64,000 nucleotides of DNA from the NCBI GenBank assembly GCA_963777275.1, contig CAVZPS010000001.1:1256322-1320321 (forward strand). Reading direction: 5' to 3'. Origin of the DNA: an uncultured Actinomycetota bacterium (GTDB lineage: Bacteria; Actinomycetota; Actinomycetes; Mycobacteriales; Mycobacteriaceae). The notes under the pieces are model-generated. The model saw nothing but the letters and a program-made list of their open reading frames with translations. It was not told where the DNA came from and did not search any database. How positions within the stretch are numbered: the first letter of the stretch is position 1; every line of letters starts with the position of its first letter. The position numbers were made by a program, and so were the translations under genes. Positions 12,840 to 23,946 of the stretch are shown in pieces.

Positions 12840-14127
12840 GTGAAGCTGCTTGCTGACACCACCCCGTTGCGGAACGCCGACTTCCGCCGGTTGTGGGTGT
12901 CCGGGATCGTCACGGTCGTCGGCGCCAACCTGACGATCTTCGCGGTGCCGGTGCAGATCTACGCGCTGACCCAGAACTCTGCCTACGTCGGGCTGTCCGG
13001 GTTGTTCGCGCTGGTGCCGCTGATCGTGTTCGGATTGCTCGGCGGCGCGTGGGCCGACGCGATGGACCGGCGACTGCTGCTGATCGTCGCGTCTTTCGGT
13101 CTGGCCGCGGCGTCGCTGCTGCTGTGGCTGCAGGCGGCGCTGGCGCTGAACAACGTGTGGGTGGTGCTGTGCCTGCTGGCGGTACAGCAAGCGTTCTACG
13201 CGGTGAACTCGCCCACCCGCTCGGCGGCCATCCCGCGGATGCTGCCCGGACCGCAACTCGCCGCGGCCAACTCGCTGAACATGACCGTGACCCAATTCGG
13301 GGCTATCGTCGGCCCACTACTGGCCGGCCTGCTGCTCAACTGGGTCAGCCTTTCGACGCTGTATCTGATCGACGCGCTGACATGCCTGCCGCCGATCTGG
13401 GCGACCTTCCGGCTGGCGTCGATGCCGGTCACCGAAGCGGCCGACGGGCTGGCCGGTTCGGCGCGGTGGGGCGTCGGGGCGGTGCTGGCCGGTTTCCGCT
13501 ACCTGGGCGGTAACACGGTGGTGCTGATGTCGTTCGTCGTCGACCTGATCGCGATGGTCTTCGGCATGCCGCGCGCGTTGTTCCCGCAGATGGCGCACGA
13601 AAGCTTCGGCGGGCCGCTGCAGGGCGGCACCACGGTCGCGCTGTTGGCCGCGGCGATGTCGGTGGGTGCGGTCGCGGGTGGGGTGTTTTCCGGTCCGCTG
13701 CCGCGGATTCGCCGGCAAGGCCTTCTGGTGATCGTCGCGATCGTGGTGTGGGGGCTGGCGATGGTCGGCTTCGGACTGGTCAGCGGGTTGGCCCATGGGC
13801 GGGCGGGGCTGCTGCTGTGGGCGGCGCTGGGCTTTCTCGGCACTCGGCGGTGCAGCGGACATGGTCTCGGCTGCCTTTCGCTCCACCATCCTGCAGCAGG
13901 CCGCCTCCGACGATCTGCGCGGCCGGCTGCAGGGGGTGTTCGTGGTGGTGGTGGCGGGTGGGCCGCGCCTGGCCGACACGGGCCACGGCACCGCGGCGGC
14001 GATCATCGGCACGTCCTCAGCGGTGGCCGGGGGAGGTGCTGCCGTCGTCCTCGTCGTCCTGATCGCCGCGCTCGCCGTGCCGGCTTTCCCGCGTTACCGC
14101 GCACCAGACCGACAGCCCACCAGCTGA
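12840..14127 (+). CDS. MFS transporter (EntS-like); frameshift near 13838
   Basis: DTTPLR..DFRRLW, GGAWADAMDRR; C-terminus GAADMVSAAFRSTILQ..LRGRLQG is in the frame ending at 14127. Confidence 0.85.
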
Positions 14128-14225
14128 GCCGCCCCCGCGCAGGCGCGACTTCCCAGCAGCGACTACCTTCAGCTATAACGCTCCCGACAGGGCGGGCGCC
14201 GACCGAAGACCGCGAAGGGGTTCCT

Positions 14226-15521
14226 GTGGCCGCAACCGACGACACCGCCACTCTGCAGTACCCGGGTGGTGAATTGGACCTGCAGATCGTCCACGCCAGC
14301 GAGGGAGCTGACGGGATCGCGCTGGGTCCGCTGCTGTCCAAGACCGGTTACACCACGTTCGACAACGGCTTCGTGAACACCGCGTCGACCAAGAGCGCCA
14401 TCACCTACATCGACGGCGACGCCGGCATCCTGCGCTACCGCGGATACCCGATCGAGCAGCTTGCCGAGAAGTCGAGCTTCATCGAAGTCAGCTACCTGCT
14501 GATCTACGGTGAACTGCCGACCGAGGAGCAGTTGGCCGCGTTCACCCACCGGATCGAGCGGCACACCATGCTGCACGAGGATCTCAAGCGCTTCTTCGAC
14601 GGCTTCCCGCCCAACGCCCACCCGATGCCGGTGCTGTCCAGTGTGGTCAACGCCTTGAGCTCGTATTACCCGGATGCGCTGGACCCGATGGACAGCGAGC
14701 AGGTGGACCTCTCGACGATCCGGCTGCTGGCCAAGCTGCCCACCATCGCCGCCTACGCCTACAAGAAGTCCGTCGGGCAGCCGTTCCTCTACCCGGACAA
14801 CTCGCTGTCGCTGGTGGAGAACTTCCTGCGGATGACGTTCGGCTTGCCGGCCGAGCCCTACCAGGCCGACCCGGAGATCGTGCGGGCCTTGGACATGTTG
14901 TTCATCCTGCACGCTGACCACGAGCAGAACTGTTCGACGTCGACGGTTCGGCTGGTCGGCTCGTCGCGGGCCAACTTGTTCACCTCGATCTCCGGTGGCA
15001 TCAACGCGCTGTGGGGTCCACTGCACGGCGGCGCCAACCAGGCGGTGCTGGAGATGCTCGAGCAGATCCGCGAAAGCGACGACGACGTCAGCGAATTCGT
15101 CCGGAAAGTGAAGAACCGCGAAGCCGGCGTCAAACTGATGGGCTTCGGGCACCGGGTGTACAAGAACTACGACCCCCGCGCCCGGATCGTCAAGGAGCAG
15201 GCCGACAAAATTCTGTCCAAGCTCGGCGGCGACGACGACCTACTGCACATCGCCAAGGAACTCGAAGAGGCGGCGCTGACCGACGACTACTTCGTCGAGC
15301 GCAAGCTGTACCCGAACGTCGATTTCTACACCGGGCTGATCTACCGCGCGTTGGGTTTCCCGACGCGGATGTTCACGGTGCTGTTCGCACTGGGCCGGCT
15401 GCCGGGCTGGATCGCGCACTGGCGTGAGATGCACGACGAGGGTGACAGCAAGATCGGCCGTCCGCGTCAGATCTACACCGGATACGGCGAGCGCGATTAC
15501 GCCGCGCTCGACGCGCGTTAG
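14226..15521 (+). CDS. gltA2: Citrate synthase I
   Basis: [55 protein letters not shown]. Confidence 0.96.
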   Translation: MAATDDTATLQYPGGELDLQIVHASEGADGIALGPLLSKTGYTTFDNGFVNTASTKSAITYIDGDAGILRYRGYPIEQLAEKSSFIEVSYLLIYGELPTEEQLAAFTHRIERHTMLHEDLKRFFDGFPPNAHPMPVLSSVVNALSSYYPDALDPMDSEQVDLSTIRLLAKLPTIAAYAYKKSVGQPFLYPDNSLSLVENFLRMTFGLPAEPYQADPEIVRALDMLFILHADHEQNCSTSTVRLVGSSRANLFTSISGGINALWGPLHGGANQAVLEMLEQIRESDDDVSEFVRKVKNREAGVKLMGFGHRVYKNYDPRARIVKEQADKILSKLGGDDDLLHIAKELEEAALTDDYFVERKLYPNVDFYTGLIYRALGFPTRMFTVLFALGRLPGWIAHWREMHDEGDSKIGRPRQIYTGYGERDYAALDAR

Positions 15522-17068
15522 TCGGTCGACTCCAGCCACTCGATAGCGGCCATCGCGGCATTGTGGCCGCCGATGCCCGACACCGCCCCACCGCGCCGAG
15601 CCCCCGAGCCGCAACGCAAGATCCGTTCGTGAGCGGTGGCCACTCCCCAGCGCTGCGCCGGTGTGGCCAGGGCCTCGTCGTCCTCGGCGAACGGCCAATC
15701 CAGCCCGCCGTGAAAGATGTTGCCGCCGGTCATCATCAGCGTGCGTTCCAGATCCAGGGTGGTCTTCGTCTCGATGCACCGCCCGCCTTGCCCGTCGGGC
15801 AGCAGCAGGTCGGCGATGGGTTCTGCCAGCACGGAATTGAGCGAGTGCAGCGCCGAATCGGTCAACTGCGCACGCATCGCGTCCGGGTCGGCGCCGTGGC
15901 ACAACGAATCCGGGGTGTGCAGGCCGAACAACGTCAGCGTGTGGGCGCCGGCGTCCCGCAGGCCGGCTGACATGATGCTCGGGTCGGTCAAAGTGTGACA
16001 GTAGATTTCGCAGGGCAACGGGTCGGGCAGCCGTCCGGCCGCTGCGGCCGAATAGGCCGCCTGCAGTTGAGTCCAGGTCTCGTTGACATGCATGGTGCCG
16101 CTGAATGCCTGCTCGGGTGTCACACTGTGATCGCGCAACTCGGGCAGCCGGCGCACCAGCATGTTCACCTTGACCTGCGCGCCGGGCGCCGAGGGCGGTG
16201 CCGGTTCGCCCAGCAGGCCGGCCAGCACGGCCGGTGTGACCCCGGCCAGCACGAGACGGCCGTTGACCAGGCATTGCTCACCGCGGTGGCGGTAGGCCAC
16301 CTCACCGTCCGGGTTGATTGCGTACACCTCGCCGCCACAGACGATTTCGGCGCCGTGGTCGCCTGCTGCGGTCGCCAGTGCTGCGGTCACCGAGCCCATG
16401 CCGCCCAGCGGGACATGCCATTCGCCGTTGCCCTGGCCAAGCAGGTGATACAAGAAGCACACGTTCTGCGTGAGACTGGGACCGTCGAGGTCAGCAAAGG
16501 TGCCGATCAGCGCGTCCGTCGCGATCACGCCGCGGATCAGGTCGTCGTGCACCGCACCGGCGATCGCCTGGCCGATCGGCTCGTCCATGATCGACCGCCA
16601 TCCGGCCACGGCGTCAGAACCACCGTAGCGATCGACTCGGCGGCGGGCCTGGCTGCGCGTGGGCAGCGGTTCCAGCAGTGTCGGCCACAGCGGTCCGGTC
16701 ACCGCGCGGCAACGCCGGTAGAAGTCGGCGAACGCGTGCGGTTGGGCCGACGAGTGGTTCCCGATCAACAGCCCGGTGCGGCCGGCGGTCGCGGGGTCCG
16801 GGGTGTAGGACGAATAGGGTCGGCGGGCCAGTCGCACCCGGGCGCCGAGGTCATCGAGGATGCGTTGCGGTAGCAGGCTGACCAGATAGGCGTACCGCGA
16901 CAGCCGGGCGTCGACACCGTCGAAGACGCGCGCCGACACCGCGGCTCCGCCGACCTGCTCCAGCCGCTCGATCAGGCGAACCCGCTTACCGGCCCGGCCG
17001 AGGTAAGCCGCAGCGACCAGCCCGTTATGGCCGCCGCCGACGATGACCGCGTCGAAACCGGCTGCCAT
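15518..17068 (-). CDS. Phytoene desaturase-like FAD oxidoreductase (Rv0897c-like)
   Basis: [14 protein letters not shown] Rossmann motif, [20 protein letters not shown]. Confidence 0.88.
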   Translation of the reverse strand: MAAGFDAVIVGGGHNGLVAAAYLGRAGKRVRLIERLEQVGGAAVSARVFDGVDARLSRYAYLVSLLPQRILDDLGARVRLARRPYSSYTPDPATAGRTGLLIGNHSSAQPHAFADFYRRCRAVTGPLWPTLLEPLPTRSQARRRVDRYGGSDAVAGWRSIMDEPIGQAIAGAVHDDLIRGVIATDALIGTFADLDGPSLTQNVCFLYHLLGQGNGEWHVPLGGMGSVTAALATAAGDHGAEIVCGGEVYAINPDGEVAYRHRGEQCLVNGRLVLAGVTPAVLAGLLGEPAPPSAPGAQVKVNMLVRRLPELRDHSVTPEQAFSGTMHVNETWTQLQAAYSAAAAGRLPDPLPCEIYCHTLTDPSIMSAGLRDAGAHTLTLFGLHTPDSLCHGADPDAMRAQLTDSALHSLNSVLAEPIADLLLPDGQGGRCIETKTTLDLERTLMMTGGNIFHGGLDWPFAEDDEALATPAQRWGVATAHERILRCGSGARRGGAVSGIGGHNAAMAAIEWLESTD

Positions 17069-17079
17069 GTCAGCAGGTC

Positions 17080-17343
17080 CTAATTCAGGTAGCCCTCGAC
17101 TTCGTCGGGCGGACGGACGGTGGCCTCGCGTGGGTCACCGCCGGTTTCGCGCAGCGCCCGACGTTGCCGCAGCAGGTCCCAGCATTGGTCGAGCTCAATC
17201 TCGACGCGGCGCAGCTGATGTTGCTCCTCGGATTCGGTTACGTTGCCCTGCTGCAATTGGTCTCGCAGCGCCTTCTCCTGCGCCACCAAATCGTGAATGC
17301 GTGCGAGAGTGTCTTGATCGGTTGGTTTACGGTCGTCTGCCAC
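17080..17343 (-). CDS. DUF2630 family protein (Rv0898c-like)
   Basis: LDQCWDLLRQRRA..VEGYL motif. Confidence 0.88.
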   Translation of the reverse strand: MADDRKPTDQDTLARIHDLVAQEKALRDQLQQGNVTESEEQHQLRRVEIELDQCWDLLRQRRALRETGGDPREATVRPPDEVEGYLN

Positions 17344-17387
17344 AGCTCTAGGATAGGTCCCGTTTATTTCAGGGCAGGGGAGAGCTG

Positions 17388-18374
17388 ATGACAGGGCCCG
17401 ACGATGCGCGGTCCACCGAGGACATCCCCGCGACCGACCAGTGGCGACGGGTCACCAGGTACTACCGCCGGCCGCTCGGCCTTGGCTGGCTGATCGGACT
17501 GGTGGCGATCCCGTTGTTGCTGGGCGCAATAGGTTACGGCCTTCAGGACCGGCCGGTGTCCGGCGCCGCCGGCCCCACCGGCACGCTGACCCGGCCCGCA
17601 CCGGCGCCGCCACAGTCGACGACGGCAAGGGTGCCGCCGATCGCTTTCGCGCCGGCATCCGTCGTGCGTGCGGGCAACAGCATCGTTCTCGGCGGAGAGT
17701 TTCCCGATCAGAAGGCCAAAGCAGCGTTGGTGGATGCGGTCGCCGGTGCGCTGCCCGCCGGCGTCAGCCTGGTCGATCGACTCGGCGTCAATCCCAGCGT
17801 CAACGCCCTGGATTTCACCGACGCCGAAAAGGTTTTCACCGCCGCGGCACCGCTATCCGATTTCAAGCTCTCGGTGCAGGGCGAGACCGTGACACTGGCC
17901 GGAACCGCGGCCACAGCAGACCAGCGCGACGCGGTCGAGCAGGCGGCCCGGGACACCTGGCCCAACCTCCACATCTCAGACAGCCTCGCGGTACGCGGCG
18001 GCCAAGGAGGCGATTGCGCGAACCTGAAGCAGGCCATCGCCGACACCCTGCCTCAACCGATCACCTTCGGCCTCAACGCTGCCACGCTGAACGCCGACGC
18101 TGAGCGCGAATTAACCGGCCTAGCAGACAAATTGAAGAGCTGCCCGAGTGGGAAAATAGTCGTCAACGGGTTCAGCGACAACACCGGTGGTGACGGTGTC
18201 AACCTTCCGCTGAGCACCGCGCGGGCCGAAGCGGTCGCTGACTTCCTCGCCGCCAAAGGGGTGGCGCGCGAGCAAGTCACCCTGAGAGGGATGGGTTCTG
18301 CCGATCCGGTCGCCGGTAACGACACGCCGGACGGCCGCGCCCAGAACCGTCGTGCCGAGATCGCAGTCAGCTGA
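17388..18374 (+). CDS. arfA: ArfA/OmpATb (TM-BON-OmpA)
   Basis: YRRPLGLGWL TM start, BON-like middle region, OmpA C-terminus LSTARAEAV..GRAQNRRAEI. Confidence 0.9.
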   Translation: MTGPDDARSTEDIPATDQWRRVTRYYRRPLGLGWLIGLVAIPLLLGAIGYGLQDRPVSGAAGPTGTLTRPAPAPPQSTTARVPPIAFAPASVVRAGNSIVLGGEFPDQKAKAALVDAVAGALPAGVSLVDRLGVNPSVNALDFTDAEKVFTAAAPLSDFKLSVQGETVTLAGTAATADQRDAVEQAARDTWPNLHISDSLAVRGGQGGDCANLKQAIADTLPQPITFGLNAATLNADAERELTGLADKLKSCPSGKIVVNGFSDNTGGDGVNLPLSTARAEAVADFLAAKGVAREQVTLRGMGSADPVAGNDTPDGRAQNRRAEIAVS

Positions 18375-18387
18375 GGGGATTTCGCCG

Positions 18388-18540
18388 ATGACTTTCCTTG
18401 AACAATGCATGTGGTACCTGACCGCGTTCCTGGCGGGTTCGGTGGTGGCCTGGGTGATCACCATCATTGCGGTCCGACGGACCAGCGAAGAAGAAGTCAT
18501 CGCCGAGCTGCCCGGCTCGCGCGTGATCGGGCCACGGTGA
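18388..18540 (+). CDS. arfB: ArfB small membrane protein
   Basis: MTFLEQCMWYLTAFLAGSVVAW..SEEEVIAELPGSR; directly follows arfA. Confidence 0.8.
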   Translation: MTFLEQCMWYLTAFLAGSVVAWVITIIAVRRTSEEEVIAELPGSRVIGPR

Positions 18541-19421
18541 TGAACCACCCGCAATGGTGGCTGGTCGTTGCGGCCTTCGTGCTGGGAATGGTGCTGACGT
18601 TCGCGCTGATGATCCGCCGCGTCCAACGCGAGGTGCCGATCGGCGGTCAGACGACCACGAACATCCCGGTGGTGCCGTCCTATGCACCGCAACCAGGAGC
18701 CGTGCGGCACTGGCGGTGGCCGGTCCTTGCCGTCGCCGCCCTGGTGGCCGCGGTGGCGGCAGCGGCGGCAGTCAATGCGACAGTTCATCATCGGAGTGGC
18801 CGGGCGTCATCGGGCGCACCGCCGCCCACTGCGCCGCCATCGCTGGCTGCTCCGGCGTTAGGGGGTCTGTTGCTGCCCGCCGAGCAAGTCGCCGGCATCC
18901 TGGGCGCCGCCGACATGGGCAACGGCACCGGCGTCCCGGCGCTGATTGCCGACAACACCCCCGAGATTGCGGAGACTGACTGCGTCAGTGCATGGAACGC
19001 GGGTCAACGCAGCGTCTATGCCGGCACCGGTGACACCGGCGCGTACAGCCAGACGTTGCGGGCGCAGGAAAAGCCAGTGCGGCACATCGCGTATCAGACC
19101 GTGATCGCTTACCCGACCCCGAGCGCGGCGAGCAAGGTGGTGGCCGGCCAATTCGCGCAGTGGTCGGCATGTTCGGGCCGGACCGTGACCTCGACACCGC
19201 CACCGCCGAGAACGCCGAGGCTGTTCACTTTCGGCCCGGTGACCAGCACCGGCGGCATCTTGTCGATGACTCAAACCAGCGTCGACAACGCCATCTTCGG
19301 TTGCCAGCGGGCGCTGGCTGCTCGCAGCAACGTGGTCATCGACATCCGCGCTTGCCGACCGGACACCACCAATCAGGCGGTCGACATCCTCGATGCGATC
19401 GTTGTGAAAATCCCGCAGTAA
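18540..19421 (+). CDS. ArfC-like N-terminus fused to a PknH-like extracellular sensor domain
   Basis: MNHPQWWLVVAAFVLGMVLTF matches the ArfC start; second TM, then LLLPAEQVAGILG..C..W..C..CQRALAARSNVVIDIRAC (PknH_C). Confidence 0.7.
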   Translation: MNHPQWWLVVAAFVLGMVLTFALMIRRVQREVPIGGQTTTNIPVVPSYAPQPGAVRHWRWPVLAVAALVAAVAAAAAVNATVHHRSGRASSGAPPPTAPPSLAAPALGGLLLPAEQVAGILGAADMGNGTGVPALIADNTPEIAETDCVSAWNAGQRSVYAGTGDTGAYSQTLRAQEKPVRHIAYQTVIAYPTPSAASKVVAGQFAQWSACSGRTVTSTPPPPRTPRLFTFGPVTSTGGILSMTQTSVDNAIFGCQRALAARSNVVIDIRACRPDTTNQAVDILDAIVVKIPQ

Positions 19422-20762
19422 TCAGCTCGGACCCGGCAGGCGCAGCAACAACCGTGCGCCGCCGAGCGGGCTGTTCTCCAAAGCCGCTGTGCCGCCGTGC
19501 AAGTGGGCCTGCTGCGCGACCAACGCCAAGCCCAGACCGGATCCGGAGTGCGACGCCGTCGAACCGCGGGAGAACCGCTCGAACACGACGCGGCGCTCCT
19601 GCTCGGGCACTCCGGTGCCGTTGTCGTCGACGGCGATCTCCACGCCTGCCCGCGAAGTGACCGCCGACAGCTGGACTCTGCTGGCGCCGCCGTGCTTGGC
19701 GGCGTTGGCGATGGCGTTGTCGACGGACAACCGCAAGCCGGCCGGCATTCCCACGATGATGCAGGTCGGTGACGGCGCCAGCGACACGTCCAGATTCGGG
19801 TACACCCGCATCGCGTCGTGGGCCGCGCGGTCGAGTAGCTCGGTGATGTCGACCGGTACATGGTCGTCGGAGGTTGACAGTTCGCCTTGAGCCAACCGCT
19901 CCAAGGCGCTGAGCGTGGCCTCGATGCGCGACTGGGTGCGGATGACGTCGTGGAGCACTTCTTTGCGCTGATCGTCGGGCAGGTCGAGGGTGGCCAGCAC
20001 TTCGAGGTTGGTGCGCATCGCGGTCAACGGGGTGCGCAGTTCGTGGCTGGACACCGCGGCGAAGTCGCGGGCAGAGGCCAACGCCTCCTTGGTCCGGTTC
20101 TGCTCGTTCCAGATGCGCTGCAGCATGCCCCGGATTGCTTCGGCGATCTCGACGGCCTCGGTGGCGCCGCGCACCTGAATGCGCGGCGCTTCGTCGCCGG
20201 CTTCGATCGCCCGGGTCTGATGTGCCAGCCGCTTGAATGGCCGAACCGCGAACGTGGCCAGCACCCATGCGAATACCGCCGCCGCGCCGATGGCGAACGC
20301 ACAGATCAACACGACCCGGCGGTGCAGGCTGTTCGTCTCGGCGATGGTCTCGTCGTAGGTGGCGCCGACTTCAACCGACATCACCTGCGGCGCCGGGATG
20401 TTGACTGTGCGCACCCGGTAGCGCACGCCGTTGACGTAGGTGTCGTCGTAGCCGGCCGCCAATTCGGGCAGCACCACCGTCGAGTTCGACGTCATCTGAG
20501 TGCCGTTGCGGACGGTGATCATCGCATCAGCGTCGTTGGGTGAGCGGGGAATCTCCTCGAGGCCGCGGGGCAGGAACGGGATCGCGAAACCCGCTGCTTC
20601 GTCGAGCCGGCGGTCCAGGCGCTCCTTGCGGTCGTTGGTGATGCCGAACCAGACGACGGTGCCGACGATCAGCACCGGGATCGCCGCGCCGATCGCCGTC
20701 GCGACCACCACCCGGGCACGCAGCGACGGGGTGCGAGTCAAGATCCGCGATAAAAGGTTCAT
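19422..20762 (-). CDS. prrB: Sensor histidine kinase PrrB
   Basis: Two TMs, HAMP, SHELRTPL, NAAKH, DDNGTG, GSGLGLA; synteny. Confidence 0.93.
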   Translation of the reverse strand: MNLLSRILTRTPSLRARVVVATAIGAAIPVLIVGTVVWFGITNDRKERLDRRLDEAAGFAIPFLPRGLEEIPRSPNDADAMITVRNGTQMTSNSTVVLPELAAGYDDTYVNGVRYRVRTVNIPAPQVMSVEVGATYDETIAETNSLHRRVVLICAFAIGAAAVFAWVLATFAVRPFKRLAHQTRAIEAGDEAPRIQVRGATEAVEIAEAIRGMLQRIWNEQNRTKEALASARDFAAVSSHELRTPLTAMRTNLEVLATLDLPDDQRKEVLHDVIRTQSRIEATLSALERLAQGELSTSDDHVPVDITELLDRAAHDAMRVYPNLDVSLAPSPTCIIVGMPAGLRLSVDNAIANAAKHGGASRVQLSAVTSRAGVEIAVDDNGTGVPEQERRVVFERFSRGSTASHSGSGLGLALVAQQAHLHGGTAALENSPLGGARLLLRLPGPS

Positions 20763-20773
20763 CGTCTACCTCT

Positions 20774-21484
20774 TTACTGCATGCGCAGCACAAATCCCAC
20801 GCCGCGCACAGTATGCAGCAGCCTGGGCGCACCACCGGCCTCCAGTTTGCGCCGCAGATAGCCGATGAACACGTCGACGACGTTGGTGTCGGCGGCGAAA
20901 TCATATCCCCACACCAGCTCCAGCAGCTGCGCGCGGGAGAGCACCGCGGTCTTGTGCTCGGCGAGCACCGCGAGCAGGTCGAATTCCCGTTTGGTCAGGT
21001 CGACGTCGATCCCGTGCACGCGGGCGCGACGGCCGGGGATGTCGACCTCGAGCGGTCCGACCGTGATGGTTTCCGAGGAGAACGTGGCGGTGGAGCCGCG
21101 CCGGCGCAGCAGTGCGCGCACCCGGGCCACCAACTCGGCGAGCACGAACGGTTTGACCAGGTAGTCGTCGGCACCGGCTTCCAGGCCGGCCACCCGGTCG
21201 TCAACCGAGCTGCGCGCGCTGAGCACGCAGACCGGGACGTCGTTGTCCATGGCGCGTAGCGCGGTGACCACACTGACACCGTCGAGCACCGGCATGTTGA
21301 TGTCCAGCACGATCGCGTCCGGCCGATTCTCGGTGGCGCTGCGCAACGCCTCGGCGCCGTCGACCGCGGTGGCGACCTCGAAGCCGGACAGCCGCAGCCC
21401 GCGTTCCAGCGAGGCGAGCACGTCGGAGTCGTCGTCGACCACCAACACTCGAGGTGAGGTCACACCAGCGTCCATGTCCGCCAT
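20774..21484 (-). CDS. prrA: Response regulator PrrA
   Basis: [30 protein letters not shown], OmpR wHTH. Confidence 0.95.
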   Translation of the reverse strand: MADMDAGVTSPRVLVVDDDSDVLASLERGLRLSGFEVATAVDGAEALRSATENRPDAIVLDINMPVLDGVSVVTALRAMDNDVPVCVLSARSSVDDRVAGLEAGADDYLVKPFVLAELVARVRALLRRRGSTATFSSETITVGPLEVDIPGRRARVHGIDVDLTKREFDLLAVLAEHKTAVLSRAQLLELVWGYDFAADTNVVDVFIGYLRRKLEAGGAPRLLHTVRGVGFVLRMQ

Positions 21485-21531
21485 TTTGCCTGATAAAGCA
21501 GCTTGACTGTGGGACGCGGCCCGGTCGGTCC

Positions 21532-21702
21532 GCATCGTCGCCAGGCTGGGTTGAATTGCCGGGCTCCTCCTCATCGCGCTGCGCGCTCTGCATCGTCGCC
21601 AGGCTGGGTTGAATTCCGGGCTCCTCCTCATCGCTCCTTCTGGGTTGAATTGCCGGGCTCCTCCTCATCGCGCTGCGCGCTCTGCATCGTCGCCAGGCTG
21701 GG
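21532..21702 (-). repeat. MIRU-like repeat array (~58-bp units with one internally deleted unit)
   Basis: GCATCGTCGCCAGGCTGGG at 21532, 21590 and 21684; CTCCTCCTCATCGC occurs three times. Confidence 0.9.
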
Positions 21703-23182
21703 ACAGCCCGATGCGCCGGTAACGGTCCAATCGGGCCGTCAGGCGCTCGCTGTCGGGCACGGCGCGCAGGGCGTTCACCTCGGCGGCGATGGCGGCAGCC
21801 AGCCGGGTCGAGAAGTCAGCCGGCTCGTCGGCGGCGTCCGGGTGCTCGGGCACGATCACGTCGACGATGCCCGACGCCAGCAGGTCGGTCGATCGGATGC
21901 CCTGGTTTTCGGCCAGCTCGGCGGCGTGCTCGGTGTCGCGGAAGACGATCGCGCTGGCCCCTTCCGGCGGCAGCGGCGCGAGCCAGCCGTGCAGCGCGGC
22001 CAGCACCCGATCGGCCGGCACCAGCGCCAGCGCGGGGCCGCCGCTGCCTTGGCCGAGCAGCACCGACACCGTCGGGGTGTCCAGCGTCACCAGCTCGGCC
22101 AGGCAGCGGGCGATTTCACCGGCCAGCCCGCCTTCCTCGGCCTCCGCGGACAGCGCCGGGCCGGCGGCGTCGATGATCAGCACCAGCGGCAGCCGCAGTT
22201 CGGCGGCCAACGCCATGCCGCGCCGCGCTTCGCGCAACGCAGCCGGGCCTACCAGTTCACCGGCCACCCGCTGTTGACCCAACAGCACCACCGGCTGCCC
22301 GGCGAAGCGGGCCAGCGCCAGCAGCATGGTCGCCGCCTCACCCTGATCCTCTCCCCGGTCCATGCCGGAGAGCAGCACCCGCTGCTCAGCCCCATGCCGC
22401 AGCAGCTGTCGTACGCCCGGCCGGTCCGGTCGCCGGGAGGCCGTCACCGATTCCCACGCCGGTATGTCCGGGATCGGTTCGCGCGGCGGTGCCGGCGGCG
22501 GCGGCTCGGGGTCGTCCACGACGACGCTGAGCAGGCCGTTCAGCGTTGACCGCAGCTCGGGAAGCGGGACGACGTCGTCTATCACGCCATGGTGCTGCAG
22601 GTTCTCGGCGGTCTGGATGCCCGTCGGGAACGGCTCACCGTAGAGCTGTTCGTAGACGCGCGGCCCTAAAAAACCCACCATGGCACCGGGCTGGGCGATG
22701 GTGACATGTCCCAGCGACCCCCAGGACGCGAACACCCCGCCGGTGGTCGGGTGCCGCAGATAGACCAGGTAGGGCAGATGCGCCCTTTTGTGCAGCGTGA
22801 CGGCCGCGGCGATCTTCACCATCTGCAAAAAGGCCACGGTGCCTTCCTGCATGCGGGTGCCGCCCGAACACGGCGATGCCAGCAGCGGTAGCCGCTCGCC
22901 GGTGGCGCGCTGGACGGCGGCGGTGATCCGTTCGGCCGCCGCCACCCCGATCGAGCCGCCCAGGAAGCCGAAGTCACACACCACCAGGGCGACCCGGCGG
23001 CCGAAGATCAGGCCCTCGCCGGTCAGCACCGACTCGTCGTGACCGGACACCGAGCGCGCGCCGGCCAGTTCCCGCGCGTATTTCTCGGTGATCGTCACTT
23101 CGAGCGGCGGGCTGTCCCAGCTCCGGAACGACCCGTCGTCGAGCACCGCGTCGCGCAGTTCATCGGTCCCGATCCGGCCCAC
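21665..23182 (-). CDS. accD3: Acyl-CoA carboxylase carboxyltransferase AccD3
   Basis: [46 protein letters not shown]. Confidence 0.92.
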   Translation of the reverse strand: MGRIGTDELRDAVLDDGSFRSWDSPPLEVTITEKYARELAGARSVSGHDESVLTGEGLIFGRRVALVVCDFGFLGGSIGVAAAERITAAVQRATGERLPLLASPCSGGTRMQEGTVAFLQMVKIAAAVTLHKRAHLPYLVYLRHPTTGGVFASWGSLGHVTIAQPGAMVGFLGPRVYEQLYGEPFPTGIQTAENLQHHGVIDDVVPLPELRSTLNGLLSVVVDDPEPPPPAPPREPIPDIPAWESVTASRRPDRPGVRQLLRHGAEQRVLLSGMDRGEDQGEAATMLLALARFAGQPVVLLGQQRVAGELVGPAALREARRGMALAAELRLPLVLIIDAAGPALSAEAEEGGLAGEIARCLAELVTLDTPTVSVLLGQGSGGPALALVPADRVLAALHGWLAPLPPEGASAIVFRDTEHAAELAENQGIRSTDLLASGIVDVIVPEHPDAADEPADFSTRLAAAIAAEVNALRAVPDSERLTARLDRYRRIGLSQPGDDAERAAR

Positions 23183-23209
23183 GCCGACGAGGCTAATAGG
23201 CTGACGGCC

Positions 23210-23941
23210 ATGATCGGTGTCACCCACGACGGCCACGTGCTGACGATCGAGTTGCAACGCCCGGAGCGGCGCAATGCGCTCAACTCCCAGCTCGTGGAGG
23301 AACTGCGGGAGGCGGTGGAGAAAGCCGCCGGCGAGGACGTCCGGGCGATCGTGCTCACCGGCCAGGGAACGGTCTTCTGCGCCGGCGCCGACCTGTCCGG
23401 CGATGCGTTCGCCGCGGACTATCCCGACCGGCTGGTAGCCCTGAACCTGGCCATCGACGCAACGCCGTTGCCGGTGATCGGGGCAATCAACGGGCCGGCC
23501 ATCGGCGCGGGTTTACAGCTGGCGATGATTTGTGACCTGCGGGTGGTGGCACCCGACGCCTACTTTCATTTCCCGACCTCGAAATACGGCTTGGCGCTCG
23601 ACAATTGGAGCATTCGCCGGTTATCGTCGCTGGTGGGATACGGCCGGGCTCGCGGCATGCTGCTGGCGGCCGACAAGGTGTCCGCCGAAGTCGCCTTGCA
23701 GACCGGGATGGCCAACCGGATCGGGACACTGGCCGAAGCACAAGCGTGGGCCACCGAGATCGCCGGCCTGGCGCCGCTGGCGCTGCAGCACGCCAAGAGG
23801 GTGCTCAACGACGACGGCGCCTATGAAGACCAGTGGCCGGTGCACAAGGAACTTTTCGACAAAGCCTGGTCGAGTCAGGATGTGATTGAGGCGCAGGTCG
23901 CCCGCGTCGAAAAACGACCGCCGAACTTTCAGGGGGCTTGA
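23210..23941 (+). CDS. echA6: Enoyl-CoA hydratase-like EchA6
   Basis: [27 protein letters not shown]; synteny. Confidence 0.9.
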   Translation: MIGVTHDGHVLTIELQRPERRNALNSQLVEELREAVEKAAGEDVRAIVLTGQGTVFCAGADLSGDAFAADYPDRLVALNLAIDATPLPVIGAINGPAIGAGLQLAMICDLRVVAPDAYFHFPTSKYGLALDNWSIRRLSSLVGYGRARGMLLAADKVSAEVALQTGMANRIGTLAEAQAWATEIAGLAPLALQHAKRVLNDDGAYEDQWPVHKELFDKAWSSQDVIEAQVARVEKRPPNFQGA

Positions 23942-23946
23942 TCGCC

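Noticed and set aside
12381-15521. 1046-aa apparent MFS-citrate synthase fusion
   Set aside because: Produced by the frameshift near 13838; the MFS C-terminus ends at 14127 in another frame and gltA2 has its own start at 14226.
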